Shown here piece by piece: positions 1-9,738 of a DNA stretch of 64,000 nt (positions are counted from its first letter, which is position 1; every line of letters begins with the position of its first letter). The stretch spans positions 3,424,001 through 3,488,000 of the forward strand of contig OZ245002.1 of assembly GCA_965223415.1 (NCBI GenBank). Reading direction: 5' to 3'. The position numbers were made by a program, and so were the translations under genes. The notes beneath the pieces were generated by a model, which saw only the letters and a list, made by a program, of their open reading frames with translations, did no database searches and was not told the DNA's origin. This DNA is from Myxococcota bacterium (GTDB lineage Bacteria; Myxococcota_A; UBA9160; UBA6930).

Positions 1-1701
1 CGCGGGGGAACCGTCGTCGACGGCACCGGGGCGCCGGCTCGCACGGCGGACGTGGCGATCCGCTCCGGCCGCATTGCCGAGGTCGGGCGCGTCGACCTGC
101 CCGGCGCGCAGGAGATGGACGCCTCCGGCCTGCTCGTCACGCCGGGCTGGGTCGACGTGCACACCCACTACGACGGTCAGGCGACCTGGGACTCGCTCCT
201 CACGCCCTCGTGCTGGCACGGCGTGACCAGTGTCGTGATGGGGAACTGCGGCGTCGGGTTTGCGCCGGTTCGCCCGGGCACCCACGAGTACCTGATCCGC
301 CTGATGGAAGGCGTCGAGGACATCCCGGGCACCGCCCTGGCCGAAGGCATCGACTGGACGTGGGAGAGCTTCCCGGAGTACCTGGACGCGTTGGAGAGTC
401 GCCCCCACGCGATCGACATCGGCGCTCAGGTGCCTCACGGAGCCCTGCGCTTCTACGTCATGGGCGAGCGCGGCGCCGACCACGAAGAGGATCCGACCGA
501 GGAAGAGATCGCCCGCATGAGTGAGCTGGTGCGGGAGTCCGTCGCGGCCGGCGCGCTCGGCTTCACGACGTCGCGCACGAAGAACCACCGCACCAGCGAC
601 GGCCGCTACACGCCGAGCCTGACCGCGACGGCTGCGGAGCTGCTGGGGATCGCCCGGGGGCTCGATGCGGCGGGCCGGGGCGTCTTCGAGGTCGTGACGG
701 ACCACCTCCTGCGCTCGGACGAGTGGGATCTGCTTCGGGACGTCGTTCGCGCGTCCGGCGGGCGGCCGCTCTCGGTCTCGCTGGCCCAGAACGACGCCCA
801 TCCCGAGGGCTTCCGGGAGCAGCTCCGGCAGCTCGAGGCGTCGAACGACGCGGGGCTGCCGCTCAAGGGGCAGGTGGCGACCCGAGCGATCGGCATCCTG
901 CTGGGCCTCGAGGCGACCCTGAACCCCTTCGCCTCCCATCCGAGCTACGCCCGGATCGCGGGCCTTCCGCTCGCCGAGCGCGTGGTGCGCATGGGCGAGC
1001 CGGAGCTGCGCCGCGCCATCCTCTCGGAGGAGCCGAGCCCGGGCCTGCGGGCCTTCGCCGCCTTCGACCGGCTCTTCCTGCTGGGCGATCCGCCCCAGTA
1101 CGAGCCCGCGCCCGAGGACAGCCTCGCCGCCCAGGCGGAGCGGCGGGGCGTCGCGCCGGCCGAGCACGCCTACGACCTCCTGCTCGAGAAGGACGGCCAC
1201 GCGCTCCTCTACCGCCCGTTCCTGAACTACGCGGACTCCGATCTCGAGGCGATCCGCGAGATGCTCGTCCACGAGCACACGGTGCCGGGCCTCGGCGACG
1301 CCGGCGCCCACTGCGGCCTCATCTGCGACGGCAGCTTTCCCACCTTCCTGCTGTCCCACTGGGCCCGGGACCGGAGTCGCGGCGAGAAGCTCCCCCTCGA
1401 GGCGCTCGTGAAGAGCCAGAGCCGGGACACCGCCCGCCTCGTCGGCCTGGAGGATCGCGGCACCCTCGAGCCCGGGATGCGCGCCGACCTGAACCTGATC
1501 GACTTCGAGCGCGTCGGCATGCACCACCCGGAGATCGTCCACGACCTGCCCGCCGGTGGGAAGCGCCTCCTGCAGCGCGCGACCGGCTACCGCGCCACCT
1601 TCCAGCACGGCCAGCTCACCTTCCAGGACGGCGAGCCCACCGGCACCCTCCCCGGCCAGCTCATCCGCGGCCCGCAGACCCGGCCCCGGGGACGTTCCTG
1701 A
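1..1701 (+). CDS. N-acyl-D-amino-acid deacylase-like amidohydrolase (5' end outside window)
   Basis: Frame open from base 1 ([12 protein letters not shown]...); motifs [26 protein letters not shown](M)RADLNLID. Confidence 0.9.
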   Translation, partial: RGGTVVDGTGAPARTADVAIRSGRIAEVGRVDLPGAQEMDASGLLVTPGWVDVHTHYDGQATWDSLLTPSCWHGVTSVVMGNCGVGFAPVRPGTHEYLIRLMEGVEDIPGTALAEGIDWTWESFPEYLDALESRPHAIDIGAQVPHGALRFYVMGERGADHEEDPTEEEIARMSELVRESVAAGALGFTTSRTKNHRTSDGRYTPSLTATAAELLGIARGLDAAGRGVFEVVTDHLLRSDEWDLLRDVVRASGGRPLSVSLAQNDAHPEGFREQLRQLEASNDAGLPLKGQVATRAIGILLGLEATLNPFASHPSYARIAGLPLAERVVRMGEPELRRAILSEEPSPGLRAFAAFDRLFLLGDPPQYEPAPEDSLAAQAERRGVAPAEHAYDLLLEKDGHALLYRPFLNYADSDLEAIREMLVHEHTVPGLGDAGAHCGLICDGSFPTFLLSHWARDRSRGEKLPLEALVKSQSRDTARLVGLEDRGTLEPGMRADLNLIDFERVGMHHPEIVHDLPAGGKRLLQRATGYRATFQHGQLTFQDGEPTGTLPGQLIRGPQTRPRGRS

Positions 1702-1732
1702 ACGCAACACGGGGGGCGGCCCCGTCTCGTGA

Positions 1733-1978
1733 CTACTTCCTCTTGAGCTCGGACTCGTGCTCGGAGATGAAGGCGCGGATGTCGTCGGTCATGCCGAGGA
1801 TGGTGTCCCACTCGTCGGCGTAGAAGGTGATCGGGAAGCGGCGGATGCCGTAGAGGGAGACGGCTCCCTTCTGGCTCACCTGGAGCCGGACATCCTTCTT
1901 CTCCTTGGCCTTGAGGGCTTCGTTCTCGGCCTTGAGCTTCTCCAGCTCGGCACGCAGGTCGGCGTCGTCTTCGCTCAT
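1733..1978 (-). CDS. Small conserved hypothetical protein (N-terminal coiled coil + SQKGAVSLYGIRRFPITFY core)
   Basis: 81 aa, SD-like GGAG upstream, protein-like composition unlike shadow ORFs. Confidence 0.85.
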   Translation of the reverse strand: MSEDDADLRAELEKLKAENEALKAKEKKDVRLQVSQKGAVSLYGIRRFPITFYADEWDTILGMTDDIRAFISEHESELKRK

Positions 1979-2006
1979 CTCGTCTCCGCGGAGGGACCGG
2001 GTCGGC

Positions 2007-3071
2007 TCAGGCTAGCTCTTCCATCCGGATCGGTCGCCGCAAGGCGATGGAGCGCTCGGCGGCGGCCCCCATGGCCACCGCCCGCAGCCCGTCCAGGGCG
2101 CTCACCTCCGGCGGCGTACCCTCGCGGATCGCCCGCAGGAAGCCCAGGTGCTGGTAGTAGGTGGATCCGTGGTGGCCACCGGCGGCCAGGATCTTCTCGT
2201 CGACCGGCACGTGCACGCTCTCCACGCTGCGCGGGCTCCGCCTCGCCATCACCACCTCGCCGGACGGGATGAAGCACTCCAGCTTGCCCTCGTCGCCGGT
2301 CGCGGCGATCTCCTCCTGGTTCCGGGAGGCCTCGGCGAACATGCACAGGTCCAGGAGCGCCCGGCTCCCGTCCTCGAAGTCGACGATCGTGAAGGCGTTG
2401 TCGAGGATGTCCGGCCGCTCGCCGTCGTACTCCTCGTCCAGGTGGTTCACGTCCTGGCCGCCCGAGGCCATCACCTGCGCAGGCTCGCAGCCCACGATCA
2501 GCCGCATCAGGTCGAAAAAGTGACAGCACTTCTCGACCAGGGTGCCCCCGGTGTTGCGTGTGAAGCGGTTCCAGTCCCCGACCTTCGGCAGGAAGGGGAA
2601 GCGGTGCTCGCGGATGGAGAGCATGCGAAGCCGTCCCACGGCGCCGCTGCGCAGCTCCTCGATCAGGCGCGCCACCGGCGGCATGTAGCGGTACTCCATC
2701 GCCGTCCAGAAGATGCCCGGGTGGGCCTCCGCCCGCTCCACCACGCGCTTCGCGTCTTCGACCGTCGTGCAGAGGGGCTTCTCGCACAGCACGTGGAGGC
2801 CGGTTGCGAAGACGTCCTCCAGCACGTCGTGATGGGTGTGGTTCGGCGTGCAGACGACGACCACGTCGAGCGACGCCGCGGCGAGCATCTCCCGGTGGTC
2901 GTCGAAGGCCCGGGGCTCGGGCCCGCCCGTGTCGCGCGCCCACTTCTGGGAGCGGGGGTGCGGGTCGGCCCATGCGGCGAGCTCGGCGCCTTCGACGAGC
3001 TTCAGGTTGAGGATGTGCTCGATGCCCATCATCCCGGTTCCGATGATTCCGTACCGCAGCGTCTCGCTCAC
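2007..3071 (-). CDS. Gfo/Idh/MocA-fold protein, probable NAD+-dependent sulfoquinovosidase (GH188, SqgA-like)
   Basis: GIIGTGMMG, TPNHTH, CEKP, MEYRY, REHRFPFLPKVGDWNRF, EKCCHFFDLM, HHGSTY; GTG start with GGAGG SD; divergent from SQ-monooxygenase-like gene. Confidence 0.8.
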   Translation of the reverse strand: MSETLRYGIIGTGMMGIEHILNLKLVEGAELAAWADPHPRSQKWARDTGGPEPRAFDDHREMLAAASLDVVVVCTPNHTHHDVLEDVFATGLHVLCEKPLCTTVEDAKRVVERAEAHPGIFWTAMEYRYMPPVARLIEELRSGAVGRLRMLSIREHRFPFLPKVGDWNRFTRNTGGTLVEKCCHFFDLMRLIVGCEPAQVMASGGQDVNHLDEEYDGERPDILDNAFTIVDFEDGSRALLDLCMFAEASRNQEEIAATGDEGKLECFIPSGEVVMARRSPRSVESVHVPVDEKILAAGGHHGSTYYQHLGFLRAIREGTPPEVSALDGLRAVAMGAAAERSIALRRPIRMEELA

Positions 3072-3103
3072 GACGTTCCTCCCGGTCTGGTACCGTACCG
3101 CCG

Positions 3104-4156
3104 ATGGAGGTGTCCTGGTTCTCGGCCCTGTGCGACGACGATTTCGAGTACCTCGGCGTGCCGGAGCCGTCGCGCCGGAGCAGCTGGGCCCACTGCCGCG
3201 AGATCGTCCTGCGCGCCGAGCGCGGCGGCTTCGACAACATCCTCCTGCCCTCGGGCTACGCCCTCGGGATCGACTCGGTGGCCTTCGCCGGAGCCGTCGC
3301 CCCGGAGCTCGAACGCCTGCACCTGCTCGTGGCCGTGCGCTGCGGCGAGCTCTGGCCGCCGATGCTCGCGCGGCAGCTCGCCACCCTCGACGAGCTGCTC
3401 GGCGGCCGCCTCACGATCAACATCATCTCGAGCGATCTCGTCGGCGCCCCCATGGCCTCGGAGCCCCGCTACCGGCGCTCCGTCGAGGTGATGGAGATTC
3501 TGCGCACGCTTCTGGAGGGAAAGCCCGCCGCCCACCACGGCGAGTTCTACGACCTCGAGCTCGATCCCCCGCGCGTCTGTCGGCCCGGCGCGGCGCCGCC
3601 CTTCTACTTCGGCGGCTTCTCGGAGGACGCGCGGGAAGCGGCCGCCCGCGCCGCCGACGTCTTCCTGATGTGGCCGGACCGGATGCCGGCAGTGGAGGCG
3701 GTGCTCGCCGACATGCGCGAGCGGGCCGCCCGCTACGGGCGGCGCCTGCGCTTTGGCTACCGGGTCCACGTCATCGTGCGCGAGACCGAGGGCGAGGCAC
3801 GGGACGCCGCCCGCAGGCTGGTCTCGCGGCTCGACGACGACACCGGCGAAGCGACCCGCCGCCGCTCCCTCGACCACGCCTCCGCCGGGGTGCAGCGCCA
3901 GGCCGAGGTGCGCGCCGCCGCCGACGACGAGGGCTACGTCGAGGAGCATCTGTGGACCGGGATCGGGCGGGCCCGCAGCGGCTGCGGAGCGGCTCTCGTC
4001 GGGGATCCGGACCAGGTGCGCGACAAGCTCCTCGCCTACGAGCGCCTGGGTCTCGAGGCCTTCGTCCTCTCCGGCTACCCCCACGCCGAGGAGTGCGATC
4101 TGTTCGCGCGTTACGTGCTGCCCGAGCTCACCCACGCGCCGCTCCGGGCTTCGTGA
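3104..4156 (+). CDS. LLM-class flavin-dependent monooxygenase, probable sulfoquinovose monooxygenase (SmoC/SquD-like)
   Basis: EVSWFSALCDDD..LGVP N-terminus, AVRCGE, NIISSD, YFGG, LWTGIGRARSGCGAALVG, SGYPH. Confidence 0.8.
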   Translation: MEVSWFSALCDDDFEYLGVPEPSRRSSWAHCREIVLRAERGGFDNILLPSGYALGIDSVAFAGAVAPELERLHLLVAVRCGELWPPMLARQLATLDELLGGRLTINIISSDLVGAPMASEPRYRRSVEVMEILRTLLEGKPAAHHGEFYDLELDPPRVCRPGAAPPFYFGGFSEDAREAAARAADVFLMWPDRMPAVEAVLADMRERAARYGRRLRFGYRVHVIVRETEGEARDAARRLVSRLDDDTGEATRRRSLDHASAGVQRQAEVRAAADDEGYVEEHLWTGIGRARSGCGAALVGDPDQVRDKLLAYERLGLEAFVLSGYPHAEECDLFARYVLPELTHAPLRAS

Positions 4157-5859
4157 CGCGGACGCGCTTCGCCGCGGTCGCGATCGCTGTCGCCGCGTGC
4201 AGCCCTCCGACGCCTCCGCCGGAGAACGCCGCCGGGCGGCTCCTGATCCCCCACGACGCCGTCTGGCGCTTCCGGGCCGACGCCTCGTCGCAGCCGGGCT
4301 GGCTGGCCACGGACTTCGACGACGCCGCCTGGGCGAAGGGCCAGGCACCCCTGGGGTTCGGCGAGTCCGCCCTGCGCACGACCACGCCGAACCCGACGGC
4401 CCAGGAGCCGCCGGGCCAACGCCTTCGTCTGCGCCGCGGCTTCGAGCTCGCGGAAGGGCAAGAGCTCGCGGGCCTGACCGCCCACTATCTCCGGGACGAC
4501 GGGCTCCGGCTCTTCCTGAACGGCGTCGAGGTCCTTCGCCACGGGCTCCCGGCGGGGGAGCTCACCGCCTCCACGCCGGCGGCCCGCTCGGTGCACGGGG
4601 AAGACGAGGATCGCTGGGAGCGCCTCGCGATCCCGGCCGACGCGCTTCGGCCGGGCCGCAATGTCGCGGCGGCCGAGCTCTACCAGGATCGATCGTCCGG
4701 CGGCGATCTGCGCTTCGCCCTCGAGCTTCGCGGGCACCGCGTCGACGATCCGCCGATCCTCACCCGCGGCCCCTACCTCCAGCAGACGAGCCGCACGGGC
4801 AGCGTCGTCCGATGGCAGACGGCCCAGCCCGGGCAGGGCTGGGTCGAGGTCGGGGCGGCGCCGGGCGTTGCGGGAATTCGCATCGAGGAGAGCCGCCCGA
4901 CCCGAGATCACGAGATCGCCGTCCCCCTTCCGGCCGGGGCGCCCGCCTACTATGCGATTGGTGCGGGCGAGACGCGACTCGCCGGCGGCGACGCGCAGCA
5001 CGTGATCGCTCGCGCCGGTGAGGCGGTGCGCGTCTGGATCACCGGCGACCAGGGCTCCGCCGACGAGCGGGCGCGAACCGTCCTGGGCGGCATGCTCGCG
5101 GCGGTCGGAGACCGGATCCCCGGCGCCTGGATCACCCTGGGCGACAACGCCTATCCCTCGGGCAGCGAAGCCGAGCTGCAGGCGGCGGTCTTCGATACCT
5201 ATGCCGATCTCCTGCGCCGGACGACCCTGTGGCCCTCGCCGGGCAACCACGACCTGGTCAGCGCCGCGATTCGCGAGGACGAGGGCCCCTACTTCGACGT
5301 CTTCTCCCCGCCGACCGCAGGCGAGGCCGGCGGCGTGCCCTCCGGTCGCGAGCGCTGGTACGCCTTCGACTGGGGCCCTGTCCACGTCGTCTCCCTCGAC
5401 AGCGTGAGCGGCCACCGGCGGCTGGACTCGCCGATGCTGGCCTGGCTCGAGGCCGATCTCGCCGCAGCGGACGCGCCCTGGATCGTCGCCGCGCTCCACC
5501 ACCCTCCCCACAGCCGTGGCAGCCACGACGCCGAGCGCGAGGTCGCCACCAGCCTCGTGCGGGAGCGCATCCTGCCGATCCTCGAGGCCCACGGCACGAC
5601 AGTGCTCTTCGCCGGCCACAGCCACAGCTACGAGCGCAGCCGTGCCGTCGCCCCGCCGGTCTTCGTGGTGGCGGGCCACGGGAGCATTCCCGGTGACGGT
5701 CCCCTCGATCACCCGCTGATGGAGGTGTCCCGGGGAGGCGAGCTGGGCTCGATCCTGCTGGACGCTGACGCCTGTCGCCTCGAGGTGCGGGCGATCGACG
5801 AGACGGGAGAGGTCGTGGATCGCTTCTCGCTGGAGAAGCCCGCCCCTTGTGGTCGCTAG
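4153..5859 (+). CDS. Secreted/lipoprotein purple-acid-phosphatase-like metallophosphoesterase with N-terminal beta-sandwich domain
   Basis: GTG overlapping upstream stop (GTGA); AVAAC lipobox-like; TRGPYLQ, GDQG, GDNAY, GNHD, GHSHSYER. Confidence 0.85.
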   Translation: MTRTRFAAVAIAVAACSPPTPPPENAAGRLLIPHDAVWRFRADASSQPGWLATDFDDAAWAKGQAPLGFGESALRTTTPNPTAQEPPGQRLRLRRGFELAEGQELAGLTAHYLRDDGLRLFLNGVEVLRHGLPAGELTASTPAARSVHGEDEDRWERLAIPADALRPGRNVAAAELYQDRSSGGDLRFALELRGHRVDDPPILTRGPYLQQTSRTGSVVRWQTAQPGQGWVEVGAAPGVAGIRIEESRPTRDHEIAVPLPAGAPAYYAIGAGETRLAGGDAQHVIARAGEAVRVWITGDQGSADERARTVLGGMLAAVGDRIPGAWITLGDNAYPSGSEAELQAAVFDTYADLLRRTTLWPSPGNHDLVSAAIREDEGPYFDVFSPPTAGEAGGVPSGRERWYAFDWGPVHVVSLDSVSGHRRLDSPMLAWLEADLAAADAPWIVAALHHPPHSRGSHDAEREVATSLVRERILPILEAHGTTVLFAGHSHSYERSRAVAPPVFVVAGHGSIPGDGPLDHPLMEVSRGGELGSILLDADACRLEVRAIDETGEVVDRFSLEKPAPCGR

Positions 5860-6281
5860 TCGCCGACGGGCGTCTCGCGGCAGTGCAGGCTCGCGAGGAG
5901 GAGCGGCGCCCCGACGGCCAGCGCGACGACGGCGAACGGCATCGGCAGCTCGACGGACACCCCGAAGCCGTGCAGACGCTCGACCAGCCCCGGCACGGCG
6001 CGAACCGAGGGCTCGACGATCCAGGCGTAGTAGGCGGAGATCACGCCTACGGCGAGCCAGGAGCCGCCGCATACGGCGAGCTGGGGCCGCGGCGCGTGTC
6101 GCAGCAGGGCTTCCACAGCCAGGGCACAGGCCGCCGTGACCGCCGCTCCACCGACCATCGGGCCCGCCAGGGCCAGCGTTTCCGGGAGCGTCACCGCCGT
6201 GAGCCCGATCAACCAGCCGAAGGCGCCGATCCACAGGCCGGCCCGCGCGGCGCCGTGCAGCTCCCGGTTGGAGGCTTCCAT
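5856..6281 (-). CDS. Hypothetical membrane protein
   Basis: 141 aa with about four hydrophobic segments; fills gap downstream of MFS gene. Confidence 0.6.
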   Translation of the reverse strand: MEASNRELHGAARAGLWIGAFGWLIGLTAVTLPETLALAGPMVGGAAVTAACALAVEALLRHAPRPQLAVCGGSWLAVGVISAYYAWIVEPSVRAVPGLVERLHGFGVSVELPMPFAVVALAVGAPLLLASLHCRETPVGD

Positions 6282-6341
6282 GCCATCGCTTCGGCAGCCG
6301 GTCGCGAGTCCTCGACCCTCCGGGGGGTCGGTGCGCGGGTG

Positions 6342-7682
6342 TCAGCCCGGGTGGACCGGTCCGTCCGTGAGACGGGGGCCGATCACCGCGAGCACGGCGC
6401 CGTAGGCCACGCACAGGGCTCCGCCGAGCCCGATGGTGGCGGCGGTGCCGATCTCCGCCGCCAGGAGCCCCATTCCCAAGCCGCCGAAGGGCACGATTCC
6501 GCCCCAGGCCACCTGGAACAGGCTCATCACCCGGCCCCGCCGCGACTCGTCGACGATCTCCTGGATGAGGCGCTGGAGGTCGGTCATGGTGGCGAAGTAG
6601 AAGTAGCCGACGGCCACCTGCACGAGCAGCGCGACGACGGGCGTCGTGGAGAACGCGAAGCCGATCAGCGTGAGTCCGAAGGCCAGGGCGCGCAGGGCCG
6701 AGCCGCGCAGGGTCGGGAGGTCCAGCTGGTAGCCGCTGGTGAGCGCGCCGGCCATGGCGCCGATGCCGGTGGTGACGACGATCCAGGCGAACCAGCTCGG
6801 ATCCCCGAGCACCTCGTTGGCGAAGATCGGCGTCAGCGCCACGTGAGAGACGCCGAACAGCGACACCCACGCAACGGTGATCAGGGCGGGGAGAGCCGGG
6901 CGCCGCGCGCGGGCATGGGCGAGGCCGCTCTTCAGGCGCGCGAGGATGCCGCCGTCCTCGGCCTCGGGCTCGTAGGGCCGCGGGCGCATGCGGGCCGTGA
7001 GGAGCGCCGCGACGAGGGCCGCCCCCGTGAAGACGCCGAAGGCGATCTCGAACCGGGCGGCGGCGAGGAGCGGTGCGGCAAAGGCGGGGCCGAGCACGCG
7101 GGTCAGGTTGTTCGCCGTCGACTGCAGGGAGACCGCGCTGGAGAGATCCTCCTCGGGCACCGCGTTGGCGGCCAAGGCCATGCTCGCCGGGCCGGAGAAC
7201 GCGAAGCAGAGACCGAGGCCGAAGCCGAAGGCCTGGAGGAGCAGGGGCGTGGCGGCTCCAGACGCGGCGGTGGCGGCCAGGGAAGCGGTGACCACGGCGA
7301 CGCCGGCATAACAAGCCAGCACGATCCGCTTGCGGTCGAAACGGTCCGCCGCGACACCGGCCAGGGGCGCCAGGACGAACGCGGGGATGAACATCGCGAA
7401 GAAGAGCCGCCCCTGCTGGGTGGGATCGCTGGCGGAGAGGTGCGCCATCAGGCCCTGGAGCGAGACGTGGGAGATCCAGAAGCCGGTCTGGTTGACCAGG
7501 AAGGAGATGAAGAGCAGCCGGAAGCTCGGGTTGCGCAGGGCGCGGAAGGCTCGCCAGCGCGGCTGCTCGAGCAGGCGCGGTGCCCGCGCTGCCGGGACGC
7601 CCATCGCCACCGAGTCCGCCGGGTTCAGGGCGGCGTCGCCCGGGTTGGCCCCCAGGCTCTCCTCGACATGCGACTTGACCAC
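6342..7682 (-). CDS. MFS transporter (start uncertain: GTG 7682 or ATG 7604)
   Basis: AFRALRNPSFR, AGVAADRFDRKR motif A, ~12 TM segments, RGRVMSL. Confidence 0.88.
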   Translation of the reverse strand: MVKSHVEESLGANPGDAALNPADSVAMGVPAARAPRLLEQPRWRAFRALRNPSFRLLFISFLVNQTGFWISHVSLQGLMAHLSASDPTQQGRLFFAMFIPAFVLAPLAGVAADRFDRKRIVLACYAGVAVVTASLAATAASGAATPLLLQAFGFGLGLCFAFSGPASMALAANAVPEEDLSSAVSLQSTANNLTRVLGPAFAAPLLAAARFEIAFGVFTGAALVAALLTARMRPRPYEPEAEDGGILARLKSGLAHARARRPALPALITVAWVSLFGVSHVALTPIFANEVLGDPSWFAWIVVTTGIGAMAGALTSGYQLDLPTLRGSALRALAFGLTLIGFAFSTTPVVALLVQVAVGYFYFATMTDLQRLIQEIVDESRRGRVMSLFQVAWGGIVPFGGLGMGLLAAEIGTAATIGLGGALCVAYGAVLAVIGPRLTDGPVHPG

Positions 7683-8072
7683 GTGGGCTCCGCGAGCACC
7701 GGCTGACGGGCCGGCGCGGGCGGGGCCGGGGTCGGGCCGCAGGGCAGCCTGCCGGAGGGTGCCGGCCGCAACGGGTCCGACCCCCAAAAACCGAGCCGCC
7801 ACTCTAGCGTTCGTGAAAGAACCGGGCCTCTCTGCTCCCTGGGGGGTTGAAACCTGGCGCGAACTGGGTGATCGTGATCCCATCACCGACTCCCGGCTCG
7901 GACCTGGTCCCCGGGGGTGGCCGTGCCACGGGCAATCGGCCGATGGAGATGGGGGAAGTCGAGAGGATGCATACCGGGTGAGGCCATCGGGCCACCCACG
8001 GTTGGCAGATCGCCCGCGCGCTTCGGCGTGGCTGACGGGACGCGTTGCGGCATTGTGCCCCGCGGGTACCCG

Positions 8073-8100
8073 TGAACCACCGAGGGCTCGAGGGCATCTA
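8073..8100 (+). promoter_or_regulatory. Possible ECF-type promoter (TGAACC-N16-CATCTA) upstream of sigma factor gene
   Basis: Resembles the AAC-containing -35 / 16-bp spacer pattern of ECF promoters. Confidence 0.3.
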
Positions 8101-8255
8101 ACGGACCGTGCGTTCGTCCCCAGTGGGCGAGCGTCGGGGCCTGGGGTGGGCCTGCTTCGTCTCGAGCGCCCCTCCGCGAGACGGACTCCCCGCCCCGCCA
8201 GTGATCCCCCAAGACAAAGGAACGACAGGCGCCCCTCAGGAGGGAACGAGGATCC

Positions 8256-9695
8256 ATGAGCCAGAAGCCGAACCAGGCAAACGAGCGACGTCGCCCCCGG
8301 CCCGCCCGGCGCTCCCTGCGCCGAGAGGACCGGTCGGCCAGCGGGCGGGAAGCCCCCGCCCGGCCGACGCGGGCGGAGCCGCCCGCGCGTCCGGTTCCGG
8401 CCCGAGAGGACCGGGACGTACGGCGCGAGCCCCTGGCCGCATACCTCGGCGACATCGCCCACATTCCGACGCTCAGCCGGGAGGAGCAGGTGCTCCTCGC
8501 GAAGGAGCTCGAGGCGGCGACCCACGCCTTCCGGGAGGGCCTCTACGGCCTGCCCTGGACCGCTCACGAGCTGGTCCGGATCTGGAAGGACACCCGCAAG
8601 GGCGGGCGCACCACGAGCCGGCTGTCCGAGTCCTTCGGCGATCGGGCCGCAGAGGCTGGTGAGCGGCTGGACGCGGCGATGGTGAAGCTCGAGCGGCAGA
8701 TGATCCGGCGCGACAAGCTGATGGCGGAGGGCGACGCCGACGAGGCGGTCATGCGCCGGCTCGATAAGCGTTCGGTGAAGCTGCTCCACGAGGCGGATCT
8801 CTCGATCGAGCTGCTGCGCCGCGTGCTGGGCGGCCTCGAGGCCCTGCGCCGCCAGCACCGCGGCCAGACCGGCCGGCTGGCGACCGCCGTGGGGCTCGAC
8901 ACGGCCGAGTACAAGCGGCGGGTCGCCCTGCTCGACGACGCCTTCGACCGCATGAGCGACGCCAAGAACCGCTTCGTCCAGCACAACCTGAAGCTGGTCG
9001 TCGTGGTGGCGAAGGACTTCCGGAACCTGGGGCTCTCCTTCCCGGACCTGATCCAGGAGGGGAACACCGGGCTGATCCGCGCCGTCGAGAAGTTCGACTG
9101 GCGGCGCGGCTTCCGGTTCTCCACGTACGCCGTGTGGTGGATCCGGCAGGCGCTGATCCGCGCCATCCAGAACCACTCGCGGACGATCCGCATCCCGAGC
9201 CATCACTACGACACGCTGCGCTGGTTCGACCAGACCAAGGCGCGGCTGGCGAAGGAGCTCCAGCGCGATCCGACCCACGCCGAGGTGGCCCACGAGATGG
9301 ACATCCCGGTGGATCGGGTCGAGGAGCTCGAGATAATGGCGGCGGAGCCCGTGAGCCTCGATGCCGAGGTGGCCGGCAAGGATTCGAGCCGGCCGCGCCG
9401 ACTCGAGCAGCTGGTGGCCGATCCGAACGCCGGAACGCCCATGGACGATCTGGACCGCAGCCGTCTCGAGCGCACCGCGCTCTCGGCGGTGGAGCGGCTG
9501 CCGGATCGCGAGCGCCAGATCCTGACCTGGCGTTTCGGGCTCGACGGCGGGCGCGAGCACACGCTCCAGGAGATCGGCGACAAGCTCGGGCTCTCGCGGG
9601 AGCGGGCCCGCCAGCTCGAGGCCCGGGCGCTCGCGCGCCTGCGCGAGGGCGACTCGGGGGCCGAGCTCGGCGAGCTGGCGCTCTCGACGGACTAG
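8256..9695 (+). CDS. RpoD/RpoS-like sigma70 factor (group 2-like, no acidic region 1.1)
   Basis: Region 1.2 [18 protein letters not shown]; region 2 [41 protein letters not shown]; region 4 [18 protein letters not shown]. Confidence 0.95.
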   Translation: MSQKPNQANERRRPRPARRSLRREDRSASGREAPARPTRAEPPARPVPAREDRDVRREPLAAYLGDIAHIPTLSREEQVLLAKELEAATHAFREGLYGLPWTAHELVRIWKDTRKGGRTTSRLSESFGDRAAEAGERLDAAMVKLERQMIRRDKLMAEGDADEAVMRRLDKRSVKLLHEADLSIELLRRVLGGLEALRRQHRGQTGRLATAVGLDTAEYKRRVALLDDAFDRMSDAKNRFVQHNLKLVVVVAKDFRNLGLSFPDLIQEGNTGLIRAVEKFDWRRGFRFSTYAVWWIRQALIRAIQNHSRTIRIPSHHYDTLRWFDQTKARLAKELQRDPTHAEVAHEMDIPVDRVEELEIMAAEPVSLDAEVAGKDSSRPRRLEQLVADPNAGTPMDDLDRSRLERTALSAVERLPDRERQILTWRFGLDGGREHTLQEIGDKLGLSRERARQLEARALARLREGDSGAELGELALSTD

Positions 9696-9701
9696 CGACG
9701 A

Positions 9702-9729
9702 CCCGGCCCGGGGGCGACCCCGGGCCGGG
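9702..9729. terminator. GC-rich hairpin between convergent genes
   Basis: CCCGGCCCGGGG-GCGA-CCCCGGGCCGGG, 12-bp perfect stem, GNRA loop, no U-tract. Confidence 0.55.
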
Positions 9730-9738
9730 CTCTCGCGC

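Noticed and set aside
7800..7990. 6S RNA or riboswitch in the sigma-factor upstream region
   Set aside because: I could not build the long 6S duplex or any known aptamer consensus by eye; kept only as an unexplained intergenic region
8256..9695. Primary sigma factor rpoD
   Set aside because: No acidic region 1.1, no dnaG context and divergent region 4
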